Positions 21,501-31,488 are shown, counted from the stretch's first letter. The stretch: DNA of 63,440 bases from a virus (IMGVR_UViG_3300025133_007312:1-63440); one strand, 5' to 3'. Made by a program: numbers and translations. The notes: a model not told the origin generated them from the sequence alone.

Positions 21501-24500
21501 CAAGAGTTGGCGACCAAAAACTTCCTGCTGTTGCGTTTGTAAAAACTTCTTGTGTCAGTTCAGAGAAGGTACTAGTAGGATCAAAAATTAACCCGTTAGC
21601 GACTAGTGCGCCATAGAAGTGATGACCTCTACCCAAGTCAATTTCATAATCTACATAAGGTCCATGACTGGGCGATCCAAGATCTCTTTGACCAACTTGA
21701 TCTATACTCGAACTAAAATTATGCCAAAAACCATAATTATTGTTTGTCATCAACCCCGCGCTATTATTACTAAAACGAATTCCAGGGGGAAACTCAATTT
21801 TAGATGAAGATAGAACTTGATCATAGAACCACCCAGGATAGTATGTCTTGCCATCAGATGTAATTGCCCCATTGTCAAACCCCCTATCTACATTAAAAGT
21901 GGTCGGGTGCGCGGTCATCGCCGTAAACTGGATAAGAGTGGACATTCCCCTTTTTTCATCCTCTGAAACCCCATATTGATATGCTGGACTTAAAAACTCC
22001 GTTAAGTTATCCCAGTTGTCCTCCAACGCGGAATAGTCTCTTGGACTCACAGAGGGATCGGGATGCCCACCAGACAAACCTGATGTTAAGAGAATTTCGG
22101 CAGCGCGGGAAGTGTGCTGTGGATCTGCTCCATGTTTATCAATCTTTTTCGATGGGGAAGTATCTTCTGTGCCCGCATAAGGTGTATTATTAAGTCGATA
22201 TTTTTCAGCATTAGTTAGATTAGAGTCCTCGTTTAAAGACCAAATTTTGATGCCGGTAGGTTGAGGGTACGGCATGTTTGGGTTCGGAGACGATTCTAAT
22301 CCAAAATACTTTCTAAAAAGAAATCCACTAGGGGCACGTTCAATATCTTGTGATATTTGAAGAATTTCACCCGGAGATAATGTTCCATCAGTCAAAGATT
22401 TAATTATCTGTGGACTAATAAATTCCAGGTCATTATTGGCGGAACTATAAGATGCATTTAATCGCGGTTCAGTTTCGGATCTTTGGATGGGCACCATTCT
22501 AATCCATTGTTCTAACAAAATTGTATCAATCGAAGTATCCCCTCTTGCACCTACCAATTTAGACATTCGATTAGCGACTGACCAGATTTGTTGTCGTACC
22601 AAAAATTTAATTGCCACATCATAATCAGTTTCCAGTATTCTTTCAGATGTGGAGGGATCTAGTGGAAGATCAACGTTGCGATTATATAAATCTAATACCT
22701 CTTTCTCAAATTCAGTAAAATATCCCTCTTTCTCGATTTCAGACGTAATATATCGACCAATATATAATACTAATAGGTTATCTACATCCTGGGGTTGCTT
22801 GTAGCGGAACCAATAAAAGACTTGCAACGAACGTAAAAATATTTCTGTTATATAAGTTCTCAGTATTAATAAAACAACGCCACCAAGGTTAGATTTTTCA
22901 AAAGGATTATCTTTATTACTACCAAGTCCGGTTGTATTAGGAAAAGACGCTTCCAGGCACTGAATAACAGAATATTCTTGTTTAATTCGATTTTTTACTG
23001 CATCTACATCAAGCAAATGCGCCGGACATTTTTGATTTTCAATACGCATAGGAGATAAATCTAATGCATTTAAATTTTTTAAATCGAACATGGGGTTTGA
23101 ATCTGCACCAATTTGACTTGTGAAACTACAAAAAATATCACGCCATACCTCATTATAGTAATTTAAGTTTCCTGCTGGCGATGTATCAAAAAGTTCTTTT
23201 AAGTTCGCTGTATTGGTGCCCATTCTTTGGCGGGGTTGCAATTCTAAATTTTGGTAAATTTGCGGACCCATATTAAATGAATCGTCTACTAAAGATCTAA
23301 AAAAGTTATCTTGAGGGGTACGATCTTGATATCGAAGGTGGTGAAGTGGATCTAAATTCCGTCCAGAATAACAATCTACTGCCCGTTTATTGATCTTTTC
23401 TTGTGGACCAGAAATGATCGTATTCAATTCTAATTGTTCTGCTCCGGAGGATGTTTCCCTAAATGCAGTGGGAGTGTCAGCAGCCACAATAAATCGAAAC
23501 TTATCCTCCGAATCATATCCTTCGTCGATCCACCCCCACGGAACATCATAGTTCAAACTAAATCCAAGATCATTAATCTTTCCAAATAACCCCCCCAATG
23601 CTTCTTTGAACCCAGCACCAATTTGTGCGTCCGACTGAGATCCCCTTGTATCTTGAGGAGTAAAAAAATCACTATCAAAGGTAGAACCCTTTAACGTCTC
23701 TAAATCAATATTAAGATTATCCAAAAGTTTATTAGGGACATCAAATTTAAATCTCTCGGCAGGAAGATTGTTATTTAAGTTAGTTAAGGGGGAAATGTAA
23801 AGTTTATTAAGTCCAGATTCCCTATGGCAAAAAGTCCGATATGTCTCTTGAAACCCCGGAGCAAAAGTATCATGACCCCTCTCCTTGATCACAACAGGAA
23901 CTGGGGAATATCCGTATTTTTGACTATAATATCCATTAGGGTCACTCCTCCCACCAAGGGATTTTCGATAACCAGGATTAGTATTATCATAAAAACTAGA
24001 ATTTGAATTCACATATTCATATAACATTTCAGATTCGGGAAAAGGTTTTGACATTCCTTGTGCCTGCTGAACGACGTTGTTCAGCTCTTCGGGGGCGGTA
24101 TTATTAGGATCGGGGGTGTCGTTGTGTGCAGCACCCACTGTAAAACCGTAAGATTGGAGAATCTCTGCTGTAGCACCCAACCAATTTACATTAACAAACC
24201 CAGAATCAGATGGAGTAGGCGGATACCTTGCTGGTTCATTAGATGTGAAAGATTTCATTGTTTCCCCATTCTGGTCAACTGCACCGGGGGGTAAAGAACC
24301 AAAAGAGTATTGCCCTTTTCCCACTAAATCTAAAAATTCAGCATTAAACATCCTTACAACTTTACCATTAATTTTCCTAGTAACTGTGCGAGGAATAATC
24401 CTCTCGACAGTTGGTGTTACGGTAACAGTGGGGACATAAGAAACTACATCCCGATTAAACGTGGTGGCGACACTATCATACAAAGTTCCAAGCAACTGAT

Positions 24501-26844
24501 CCATTGTAAAATCAAATTTAGGATGATGTCGATTGATAAGACCCGGTACGGTTTTGCCCGTTTTAGGATCATAGTGGCAATAAATAGGGGGAATTAATCC
24601 ATCTAATATATTATCTTTCTGCAAGAGAGCATTAAGTTCTTCCAACCGCTTTTTATCTCTAGCGTTTGATGAATCAATTTGCTCCTTAATTAAATCTAGG
24701 GGCATATCCTTCTTTGATAATAAGTTTTTGCGAAGTTCTGTGTCATCTGGATCACATAGGCACTCAAATTCTTGAGGTAATCTATCAGTTATCTCTTTAA
24801 CTGTTTGAAGTACCGTGGTATATCCAGAGAGTTTACCGATATCATTAAAGAACCCCAAAACATCTTCATCACTCTCCATCAATCCCGAATCGCGTATAGA
24901 GGGATAGTTGGAAGCAAGATTTTTAATAGTATCAATAGCATCTTGACTTGCACCACAACCTAGCATCATATTTCCTGCTTCGGCAGGAGTTAAAACTGAA
25001 GATGCTGCACTTAAAAATCCACCCATTTCTTCTTTTGCTTGGTTTGCTTGTTGAGTAAGTTCTTCTTGAAGTTTTTCATCACCTACATAGTTTTTATAAT
25101 CTGTTCCACGGACTTTGTTATGCAACTCCAATTCACCAGGCAGCAATAAGGGGTTTTTGGCAGATTGTTGCGTTTGTGCAATTAGTTTTTCTTGTTGTTC
25201 TGCAACTGATGTGCTTTGTCCGCCAGGTAAATTAATCCTCGTGCTGGTGATGCCTGTTTCGATTGCGCCTACCGCTGCTGCTGTAAAGGATTGTGCGCCT
25301 GCTCCCAAAACATTTCCGATACTCATTCCGCCGAAATTTAATCCGTCAAATCTTCCGCGTCCTTCCGCCTCATTTTGCAGAGCGCACTCCTTACAAAAAT
25401 CCAAAAGCATTTTAATAATCTCAATTACCATCTTGAAGAGAGTAGATAAAAGAGCGCGAATTATACCACTCTTAATAGATTCATAAATACCATCTAGGTA
25501 ATCTACAATAGGGAGATCATCCTTTAAGTATATTGTGGGGATATCAAAAATAGTTTTTTTAATATCAGATGACAGTGCTTCCGCCTGGTTTAAAAATAAT
25601 TTTGCGTTTGTTAGAAAGTCAAGACCGCGAAAATTTAAACACTCAAGTGCTGCTTCGATTAAAGAACGAATAGGAACTTTGTTTAGGACCTTTTTGTATA
25701 CGTCATTAACAGAGGGGGTTAAATTTGATAGTTCTCTTAAGTTTCCAATGATGCTATCTCCAACAAACTCAGATGCAGAATCTAAATTTTTCTTTAATTC
25801 ATCTTTAAACTCTTGAGATCCAAATAACCTCTCCTCTGCACTATACTCAGAATAAGTTTTAGAAGTCTTTTCATTTGCTTTTTCTTTTGCTTTTTTCACC
25901 GCTGCCGGTTCAGGGTTACTAAACATCTTTGCAGTGCTAAAATCAAATTTAGGGGGATCATAAATGTAGTTATCTATAAATTCCTTAATTGGTAAATTCT
26001 CTGAATCTTTGAATAGTTTGTCAAGTTCATCGATGCTCGACAATAATCTATTATTGCGAGCATTTGAAAACGACAGCGACTTTCTAAAATTATCAAAATT
26101 TTTATCTAGTGGTTTATGGCATTCATTATCTCTCAAGACCACATAACTTGGACTATAATCAGCACTCATACCAAAAATAAGTTCCATGTCGGAACCCCGT
26201 TGATAGGTATATTCATTATCCAACATTAACTTGGAAAGTGCGGGAATGGTTTGATTTATTTTAGTAGATTGAGATTTAAAACTCAATTTTGGAATACGAC
26301 CAAACAATTTTCTTGTTTCAGCATCATATCCTTCAAGCAAACTTCTTAAGTTGTTAATCTTTTTGTATAAATCTTTAGTATTAAACCTTACCTTAATAGC
26401 GGCAGTTTGAAGTCCTAAATCACCTTCCACTATTCCTGGTAGTCCATCTATCTGTACTGCCGCAATAGATACCAAAATTTTTAAACGAGAATTGGGGCGA
26501 GGTTTAATATCCCACCCCTCGACCATTACATTCCCAAATAATTCTTGACGCTTATCGGATTGACCAGGGTTTTTGTCGTAATAATTTAATATTCTAACAA
26601 ATCCCTTTTCTTTGTTTGCCGCTTTTTCTAATCTCGTGGCAAGATCATCTCGACTTGATCCAGCAGATTTATAATCAGTTACTACAGTAACCACATAACG
26701 ATTTTCTAAATTTAACGTTCTTCCATTAACAGTTTTAGTCTCTGCGGCTAAATAATATGGTTCACTTTTATTATTAAGAGTGGTCCAATCAGTGGTAATG
26801 GTTACGGGGGGTTTGTTTAAATCTATGTTTGTTTTGGTTGCCAT
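18544..26844 (-). CDS. giant hypothetical virion protein with C-terminal hydrophobic segment
   Basis: 2766-aa ORF between the spike-like and gp25-like genes; hydrophobic stretch IWAVSLALLPATIFAPFFFGPPLTIPFGFVYWAL; disordered tail. Confidence 0.7.
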   Translation of the reverse strand: MATKTNIDLNKPPVTITTDWTTLNNKSEPYYLAAETKTVNGRTLNLENRYVVTVVTDYKSAGSSRDDLATRLEKAANKEKGFVRILNYYDKNPGQSDKRQELFGNVMVEGWDIKPRPNSRLKILVSIAAVQIDGLPGIVEGDLGLQTAAIKVRFNTKDLYKKINNLRSLLEGYDAETRKLFGRIPKLSFKSQSTKINQTIPALSKLMLDNEYTYQRGSDMELIFGMSADYSPSYVVLRDNECHKPLDKNFDNFRKSLSFSNARNNRLLSSIDELDKLFKDSENLPIKEFIDNYIYDPPKFDFSTAKMFSNPEPAAVKKAKEKANEKTSKTYSEYSAEERLFGSQEFKDELKKNLDSASEFVGDSIIGNLRELSNLTPSVNDVYKKVLNKVPIRSLIEAALECLNFRGLDFLTNAKLFLNQAEALSSDIKKTIFDIPTIYLKDDLPIVDYLDGIYESIKSGIIRALLSTLFKMVIEIIKMLLDFCKECALQNEAEGRGRFDGLNFGGMSIGNVLGAGAQSFTAAAVGAIETGITSTRINLPGGQSTSVAEQQEKLIAQTQQSAKNPLLLPGELELHNKVRGTDYKNYVGDEKLQEELTQQANQAKEEMGGFLSAASSVLTPAEAGNMMLGCGASQDAIDTIKNLASNYPSIRDSGLMESDEDVLGFFNDIGKLSGYTTVLQTVKEITDRLPQEFECLCDPDDTELRKNLLSKKDMPLDLIKEQIDSSNARDKKRLEELNALLQKDNILDGLIPPIYCHYDPKTGKTVPGLINRHHPKFDFTMDQLLGTLYDSVATTFNRDVVSYVPTVTVTPTVERIIPRTVTRKINGKVVRMFNAEFLDLVGKGQYSFGSLPPGAVDQNGETMKSFTSNEPARYPPTPSDSGFVNVNWLGATAEILQSYGFTVGAAHNDTPDPNNTAPEELNNVVQQAQGMSKPFPESEMLYEYVNSNSSFYDNTNPGYRKSLGGRSDPNGYYSQKYGYSPVPVVIKERGHDTFAPGFQETYRTFCHRESGLNKLYISPLTNLNNNLPAERFKFDVPNKLLDNLNIDLETLKGSTFDSDFFTPQDTRGSQSDAQIGAGFKEALGGLFGKINDLGFSLNYDVPWGWIDEGYDSEDKFRFIVAADTPTAFRETSSGAEQLELNTIISGPQEKINKRAVDCYSGRNLDPLHHLRYQDRTPQDNFFRSLVDDSFNMGPQIYQNLELQPRQRMGTNTANLKELFDTSPAGNLNYYNEVWRDIFCSFTSQIGADSNPMFDLKNLNALDLSPMRIENQKCPAHLLDVDAVKNRIKQEYSVIQCLEASFPNTTGLGSNKDNPFEKSNLGGVVLLILRTYITEIFLRSLQVFYWFRYKQPQDVDNLLVLYIGRYITSEIEKEGYFTEFEKEVLDLYNRNVDLPLDPSTSERILETDYDVAIKFLVRQQIWSVANRMSKLVGARGDTSIDTILLEQWIRMVPIQRSETEPRLNASYSSANNDLEFISPQIIKSLTDGTLSPGEILQISQDIERAPSGFLFRKYFGLESSPNPNMPYPQPTGIKIWSLNEDSNLTNAEKYRLNNTPYAGTEDTSPSKKIDKHGADPQHTSRAAEILLTSGLSGGHPDPSVSPRDYSALEDNWDNLTEFLSPAYQYGVSEDEKRGMSTLIQFTAMTAHPTTFNVDRGFDNGAITSDGKTYYPGWFYDQVLSSSKIEFPPGIRFSNNSAGLMTNNNYGFWHNFSSSIDQVGQRDLGSPSHGPYVDYEIDLGRGHHFYGALVANGLIFDPTSTFSELTQEVFTNATAGSFWSPTLDHSEITRMEGVLNRGSLSAVSIGTSGVRDEVLEGVTSWQQRRREIEFDGDDYGRSYSAPDASYFDTDQPRFKLWREDPYYLRIGNYLPESGERAVWGNPQGYIGLSEIIRPTLVPNFLPRYLKDFNGVEFRFGFAPTVMRSSDRAALENDPASRVAVLRDPWRYWGPARTFQRVPVFTDLDNAQHSMALFANPVSNASSILNPDGTRDLFHLKTFYHAIAHIDVGSYSAPSLLDLDPLSILHVLKWERAQVIADSRIHERVEQQYDKWINEWENAFRDLSNAEQERLKLRSDLLSRVNDLPPPRRPMEVPPTSDYGNGGLVLEPYIRAVELNTDPNDPINASTTAAGMTQKINNKLLVTTAKAGSEWARTGIINIDEFDDFIQAIASGGRIEHRDIINSESALADACGANLPQNPQVREYEFSNQILGDYFEELHLGFRLSYVMPIKLIDPQDSAKIIDQDSQLHDHRSFISNSTIKNTKSYYIKESANGATRTVNIIPITGVEMPFNMHTSMRDARSSYEKNSTPQLDDNGFLVEATPVYSKFFKSVYQRNLRTLISQLNQTEDYALLFKYLFPVDRMLGINNIYSNTYLSTIKNVDTVFDATKEELRQLLFILLDSGNYEKSKCAPSNREMMESMLNGFDIKGLAGQMAMMILKSSVLIFKGFMETADINILLSKRIIDLIHVVNKFIAQSQQLINQSSQAVSDTASGISDLATALYETGEEWATGTTCTDLVGPGSCKSKNAVLPSKPDASLFDPIEENFIPEPQIWAVSLALLPATIFAPFFFGPPLTIPFGFVYWALDYKPEPNWLNSMPPSDWINDMLNGKKSSNTKNIGESDENCSADLGLPPPGSNASVLNAYYAASRATNIAPTPGAVVGPSSPATQQTVDNARPSSSEGTAAEEGLPGASHEPGENTSANPSDPRRTSSAANPSDPRRTSSDAEESMEEPSETPNQGSRSWGVTESATDPHRSTRAGLSTRNEEE
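18678..18749. repeat. perfect 36-bp tandem duplication (2 copies) inside the CDS
   Basis: CGGAAGATGTTCTTCGAGGGTCGCTAGGATTGGCAG at 18678-18713 and 18714-18749; encodes ANPSDPRRTSS twice. Confidence 0.95.
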
Positions 26845-26846
26845 AA

Positions 26847-27791
26847 TTAATTTGAGTTGTTAAAGCGACTATTAATATACTTCTCCCCTGGGTATTCTAA
26901 ATATGATATCTGAAAATTTGTCAAATTTGTTTTAAATAATTCAATTGATTCTATAACTTGACTATGCAAATCCAGATTGCAAGATTTAGCGGCAAACGAG
27001 ACTGGCATTGATTGAATTGTTGGTTGTCCTTGAAAGGGAGATACATGCCAATGATCTGCCACCACTGAATTAAGATACATCTGGTGAGTACAAAAAGCAT
27101 CAACAATTCCGCTTAATTTATTCATATGGTGTATCACCCTATTTAGTGCATCGACCAAATTATCACCTTTTACAAGGGGTTGGAGAGAATTAACTTCATT
27201 CCCGGCAATAATATCGATGCCCCCCATTCCCAATATCTTTCCACCTTGTGAATTTTTAGTGTCAGTTCCTGTGACTAATTTAATCCCCTCGCGTGCAATA
27301 ATCCTAATTCCGTCTGCTTTCATCGCGATAGCAGATTTAGGCGATTTTTCTGCGCCCTCCAACCCAGGACTCCCAAGTGTTCCCGGTGCCAGGGCAAAGT
27401 TCAGATCAACATCTGTTTTTTGACTAATATAAATGCGGGCGGCATCTTTAAAAAGATCGGGTTCGATGCCTCTCCTTTCCCCATTAGCATCTACAGCAAT
27501 TGCATTCGGACCTTGATACCCCGCAACAATATCAATCATTGATGATTGCGTGTCTCCTCGCCCGCCATATCCGGATAAAATACTTCGCGGTCGGTCGCGT
27601 CCAAAAACAATGCCAGAATTTTGAAATTTTTCTCGATTATCAATAACGCGCTCAACAGCGGGTATCTTCAAATAAGGGGGGCACGGGTCGGTGCCTTCCA
27701 CATAAGCAGCGTCTTTGGGACTCATTTCATCTAAGGATTTTTGAGTTTTAGGATTTAATCCTACAGTATCATGTGCTTTTTTAAAAGTCAT
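26847..27791 (-). CDS. baseplate central spike-like protein (gp5 C-terminal / gpV-like)
   Basis: Beta-strand repeats (IAMKADGIRIIAREGIKLVT), LVKGDNL, and a C-terminal HWH (HxH metal-binding tip motif); position in module. Confidence 0.6.
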   Translation of the reverse strand: MTFKKAHDTVGLNPKTQKSLDEMSPKDAAYVEGTDPCPPYLKIPAVERVIDNREKFQNSGIVFGRDRPRSILSGYGGRGDTQSSMIDIVAGYQGPNAIAVDANGERRGIEPDLFKDAARIYISQKTDVDLNFALAPGTLGSPGLEGAEKSPKSAIAMKADGIRIIAREGIKLVTGTDTKNSQGGKILGMGGIDIIAGNEVNSLQPLVKGDNLVDALNRVIHHMNKLSGIVDAFCTHQMYLNSVVADHWHVSPFQGQPTIQSMPVSFAAKSCNLDLHSQVIESIELFKTNLTNFQISYLEYPGEKYINSRFNNSN

Positions 27792-27800
27792 TAAAAACCT

Positions 27801-28868
27801 CTATTGCCAACTTGGTATTCTTTTTGCTGCTTTTGCGGGTCCATAGTATACCCAATGCCAGGGTTCGCTTCGGACTGTTCGAACAAACCCATATTGGGGA
27901 GCATTATTTCGCAACCACTCATAAACTTTCGTTATGTATTTGGGCGGTTTAGAACCTTTTGTACTAATATCAATGGCGATACCATTTTGATGACGACTAT
28001 ACCCTGGTTTTGCTGCATTCTTTGGTTTACCCTTTTTTGCCCATCGTTTACGAGATTGCTCTTGTTGCTTATAAGTTCGAAAACCAGAATTTATTTTCAT
28101 CGTTGCGCCGGGATTGTCACTCTCAAATGCTCGTTTCATATTTTCATAGGCAGTAGCAACTTCAGGTTTTGCCCTGAATCCAGAACGAGGACCAGGTAGT
28201 GAATTAAGATCTATTTTCCCAATTACTTTCCCCCTGGACCATGCGCAATTATCCCCACGGGGATCTTTTTCACATTCTTCTTCTTCGGGAAGATCAACGG
28301 GGATCGCCTCTTTTCTTGTAACCCACTCCTGAAAATGTTTTGTTGCTGGTTCTGCACTGAGGGGGACTCCGCACTTAGCAATTATACCCATATAAATACC
28401 AACTGGGTTTAAATACCCACGCGCCAACGGATGGTATACATATACGTCATCCCCCACATTTGGCGGTTGATTATCTAATTGGGGAGTCCCTTCATAAACA
28501 TAATGTTGGTAAATGAGACTCTCTTCGTCGCCGGGATTAATTAAATTGCTAGGTATCGCCTTTCCTGAATCAAATGCTGTATGGACATATAATTGTAAAC
28601 AATTAAGATTTTGAAAATTATTTTCTTTGTTAAGGCGGTCACGCATTCCACCTGGGGTGGGGATGGCGTTTTGAACAACCTTTAAAACTTTTCCTGGGAT
28701 GAGTTCATTGATATCAACACCGGGCGGTCTTAAAGACTCCCTTACAATCGCCTGGAGGCGATCAGTAAATTTTTCTCCAGGTTCAAGAAATGTTCCGGGG
28801 AATTTCCTATTAGTTGAAAGAGAATTAACTAATCCATTTTCTAATTTAATTTTATCTTTATCGCTCAT
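27801..28868 (-). CDS. tail-associated M15 (VanY-like) peptidoglycan peptidase
   Basis: SGFRTYKQQ...PGYSRHQNGIAIDI...EPWHW zinc-peptidase motifs in the C-terminal half; N-terminal half of unknown fold. Confidence 0.85.
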   Translation of the reverse strand: MSDKDKIKLENGLVNSLSTNRKFPGTFLEPGEKFTDRLQAIVRESLRPPGVDINELIPGKVLKVVQNAIPTPGGMRDRLNKENNFQNLNCLQLYVHTAFDSGKAIPSNLINPGDEESLIYQHYVYEGTPQLDNQPPNVGDDVYVYHPLARGYLNPVGIYMGIIAKCGVPLSAEPATKHFQEWVTRKEAIPVDLPEEEECEKDPRGDNCAWSRGKVIGKIDLNSLPGPRSGFRAKPEVATAYENMKRAFESDNPGATMKINSGFRTYKQQEQSRKRWAKKGKPKNAAKPGYSRHQNGIAIDISTKGSKPPKYITKVYEWLRNNAPQYGFVRTVRSEPWHWVYYGPAKAAKRIPSWQ

Positions 28869-28870
28869 GA

Positions 28871-29164
28871 CTATTCCTTATTTAGTTGCTTAAAGATTTC
28901 TTCTCTTTCCTCATCTGACAAAGAAGAATCAGTAGATTCAGTTTTTTGCTTAAGGGACGCAATTTTAACCAATTGCTCATTGGAGCGTTGCAAAGTCTCC
29001 ATGTATTTTGCTGCTGTTAACCCTACTTCTTTATGACGCTCATCTGCGCCAGATAAATATTTAATAAGATCCTGTAGAAGTTCCTGTGTTTGCTCTCGAT
29101 CATCTCGAATATTATTAATTGCTTCGCTTGTCAACTTATCAAAATTTTGCTTCACTTGTCCCAC
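28871..29164 (-). CDS. hypothetical coiled-coil protein
   Basis: 97-aa helical ORF in the operon. Confidence 0.6.
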   Translation of the reverse strand: MGQVKQNFDKLTSEAINNIRDDREQTQELLQDLIKYLSGADERHKEVGLTAAKYMETLQRSNEQLVKIASLKQKTESTDSSLSDEEREEIFKQLNKE

Positions 29165-29850
29165 TTCTTCTTAAAATGACCATATTCCCCCCTAAATCTT
29201 TTTAAATTGTTTAAAATTTGTTTAGTATTGAGATTTGTCATTTCCCTTATATACAGATAAATAGCTTTCTTATTAAATATCTCAATGTCATCTGACTCCT
29301 TAAAGAGTATTTTTATTGCTTCAAGAATTTTCTTTTCGTTTTCTTTTAAATTTAATTTGGATTCCCAATTATATACTTCTTTTAGGAAGTGCTCCATAAA
29401 CTCTCTCTTGTTTCTATCTTCAATATAGCGATTATAGATCGAGAGATATTCAACTTCTACTTTTTTTGATATTTCATCATACTTTGCTTCGCGCTTCATC
29501 TGAACTGAATTCTTTTTAACGCGAGCAATAAACCAATTTTTAGTAACAACACTAAAATATGAAAATGCCTTTGATCCCTTTGACGCATCAAAGTTAGAAA
29601 GAATAGTGATAAGGTGTATTTCACACTCCTCTTTTAAACTGGCGACGTTGGGAAGGGTACTAAATTTATAAGTAAAAACAATCTTGTTGATCATCTCAAC
29701 AAAAACTGGACGGATTATATTACAATAAAGTTCATTCTTTTTCTTGTTGCTATTACATGAAATATATTCAAGAATAGCATCTTCATGAACTTGTGTGAAA
29801 TATTGATTACTCTTTTTCTTCTTGAGTTTCTTCTTGGTTGTATTCATCAT
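29152..29850 (-). CDS. phage sigma factor (T4 gp55-like late sigma)
   Basis: Region-2-like NFDASKGSKAFSYFSVVTKNWFI; 232 aa; directly upstream of the structural genes. Confidence 0.72.
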   Translation of the reverse strand: MMNTTKKKLKKKKSNQYFTQVHEDAILEYISCNSNKKKNELYCNIIRPVFVEMINKIVFTYKFSTLPNVASLKEECEIHLITILSNFDASKGSKAFSYFSVVTKNWFIARVKKNSVQMKREAKYDEISKKVEVEYLSIYNRYIEDRNKREFMEHFLKEVYNWESKLNLKENEKKILEAIKILFKESDDIEIFNKKAIYLYIREMTNLNTKQILNNLKRFRGEYGHFKKKWDK

Positions 29851-30169
29851 CTACTTTTTGTAAAATTTCCACTAAATCTGGTTGGGCGAAGGAATAAATA
29901 TCCTCGTACCTTTCAAAGAAAACAACAAGATTTCTTGTATGTTCTAGTAAAGATTTCAGCGTCTCATCACCATAAAAGGTAGGCAATTCGTAAACTGCAC
30001 TTAAGTGCTTTTCATAAGTCTCCAAATGAGTAAACAATTGTGCAGATTCTTCCGATGCAGCGATGATGGGGGCGATAACTTTTCGAATATAAGAAAATAA
30101 AACCGCTACCACACTTAAAAGAAGTATAGATAACAATAATAGAATTATATGCGTTAAATCAAGATTCAT
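29807..30169 (-). CDS. hypothetical membrane-anchored protein
   Basis: N-terminal hydrophobic helix IILLLLSILLLSVVAVLF. Confidence 0.6.
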   Translation of the reverse strand: MNLDLTHIILLLLSILLLSVVAVLFSYIRKVIAPIIAASEESAQLFTHLETYEKHLSAVYELPTFYGDETLKSLLEHTRNLVVFFERYEDIYSFAQPDLVEILQKVDDEYNQEETQEEKE

Positions 30170-30416
30170 ACTTTCTACCTTTTAATTCTTGTTTCGTATT
30201 ATCAGATTCTTGTTTAATATCTTCAATAACTTCCCGTACAATGGTGCCGGGTGGTTGATCTTTATTTATTAATTTTGGATAATTAAAAGAAACCGGGATT
30301 TTGTTTAATCCATTTTCAATACCACACTTGACGCAAACACTGTGAATCTCGCTTAATGAATGGGAAATCGTATAAGTCATTTCGCAGTGTTTACAGCAAT
30401 AGGTATATTTAGGCAT
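30159..30416 (-). CDS. FmdB-family zinc-ribbon protein
   Basis: MPKYTYCCKHC...CVKCG pattern. Confidence 0.75.
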   Translation of the reverse strand: MPKYTYCCKHCEMTYTISHSLSEIHSVCVKCGIENGLNKIPVSFNYPKLINKDQPPGTIVREVIEDIKQESDNTKQELKGRKYES

Positions 30417-30672
30417 CTACCGAGTCCTTCTTTTTAGTCACCTTTTTAGTTCTTGGTTTGGTTTTACGTTTTGCTCTCTTTTTGGGAACTGTTTTTTCAC
30501 TGGGTGGTGGTGGTTTGTCAAAACGCACCGATGGGGGATTTTCAATTATTAATCCATCTACGGAATTTACGACATTAAACCCCTTCAACACAGAGGTGAT
30601 ATCTATCTGTTCCATAATACCTTTTTGTAGAGCAAGCATAATTGCCCCAACTGCCTGATTTGATAATTCCAT
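30409..30672 (-). CDS. hypothetical protein with basic tail
   Basis: 87 aa; GGAG SD; Lys/Arg-rich C-terminus. Confidence 0.6.
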   Translation of the reverse strand: MELSNQAVGAIMLALQKGIMEQIDITSVLKGFNVVNSVDGLIIENPPSVRFDKPPPPSEKTVPKKRAKRKTKPRTKKVTKKKDSVDA

Positions 30673-30681
30673 ATTATCTCC

Positions 30682-31488
30682 TTATATATTTTTGATTTGG
30701 TCCTCAATGGTTCTTATTCCAAGAGAGGTATTAAGTTCTTTATTGCTTTGTAAAGTACGATCACAGGGTGTGTGAAATTCGTGTGGAGTGATATCTAAAT
30801 TTAAGTTAAATCGCTCGGATAATAAAGTTAATAAAGTATATTTATCTATCGCGTTAGAGTGAAGGTGAAACAATCCATGCTCGTGCATATCTTCTTTAAT
30901 AATTTTTTCGCAGACCAAGGCATATTCACTAGTGGTTATACCGTTCCATAAATGATTAGTAAACCCCTTTACCTCTTTATCTTTCATAGATTTTGCCCAC
31001 TCAATCAAACTGGAATTATTATGAATTTCCTCGCCAATAATACTAGTTCTGAGGACCATACAATTCTTTGGTTCTCCCAGAGATTTCGACTTACCGTAAA
31101 AATCGGTACAATCGTGCAGACTATTTTCATCATAATTCCCGCCTTTCCCCGAAAAAACACAATCTGTGGTTATATGAACGAGTTTCGTCTTAGTCTTTTT
31201 ACAGTAGGCGGATAATTTATAAGGGAATAAAGAGTTTATTTTAATACTTGTTGCTCGATCATTTTCAATATTTGGTTTAATGATCCCAATGCAGTTTATA
31301 ATGTAATCTACTTTAGGTAAATGTGTTAATGGTGTCTTACGGGCATCAAAATAAACTTTATTCATCCCATATGTGACATCAAAATTGCGATAAGATAAAT
31401 GAGTCTCATACTCGCTATTATTCAAAAAATGCTTACCAACTGCATTCCCCAACATTCCCGTGCTGCCCAAAATTAAAACTTTTACCAA
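30682..31488 (-). CDS. rmlD: dTDP-4-dehydrorhamnose reductase-like SDR (RmlD family)
   Basis: GSTGMLG Rossmann motif; HITTDCVFSG; YGKSK catalytic YxxxK. Confidence 0.85.
   Translation of the reverse strand: MVKVLILGSTGMLGNAVGKHFLNNSEYETHLSYRNFDVTYGMNKVYFDARKTPLTHLPKVDYIINCIGIIKPNIENDRATSIKINSLFPYKLSAYCKKTKTKLVHITTDCVFSGKGGNYDENSLHDCTDFYGKSKSLGEPKNCMVLRTSIIGEEIHNNSSLIEWAKSMKDKEVKGFTNHLWNGITTSEYALVCEKIIKEDMHEHGLFHLHSNAIDKYTLLTLLSERFNLNLDITPHEFHTPCDRTLQSNKELNTSLGIRTIEDQIKNI

Noticed and set aside
5278-28868. Bacterial contractile injection system or tailocin rather than phage
   Set aside because: gp55-like sigma, PhoH, phage-style small ORFs, tmRNA/tRNAs without CCA and the absence of host housekeeping operons fit a large phage better
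119-28893. Numerous short antisense and alternative-frame ORFs within the structural genes
   Set aside because: Fully nested in long, well-supported genes and lacking recognisable motifs
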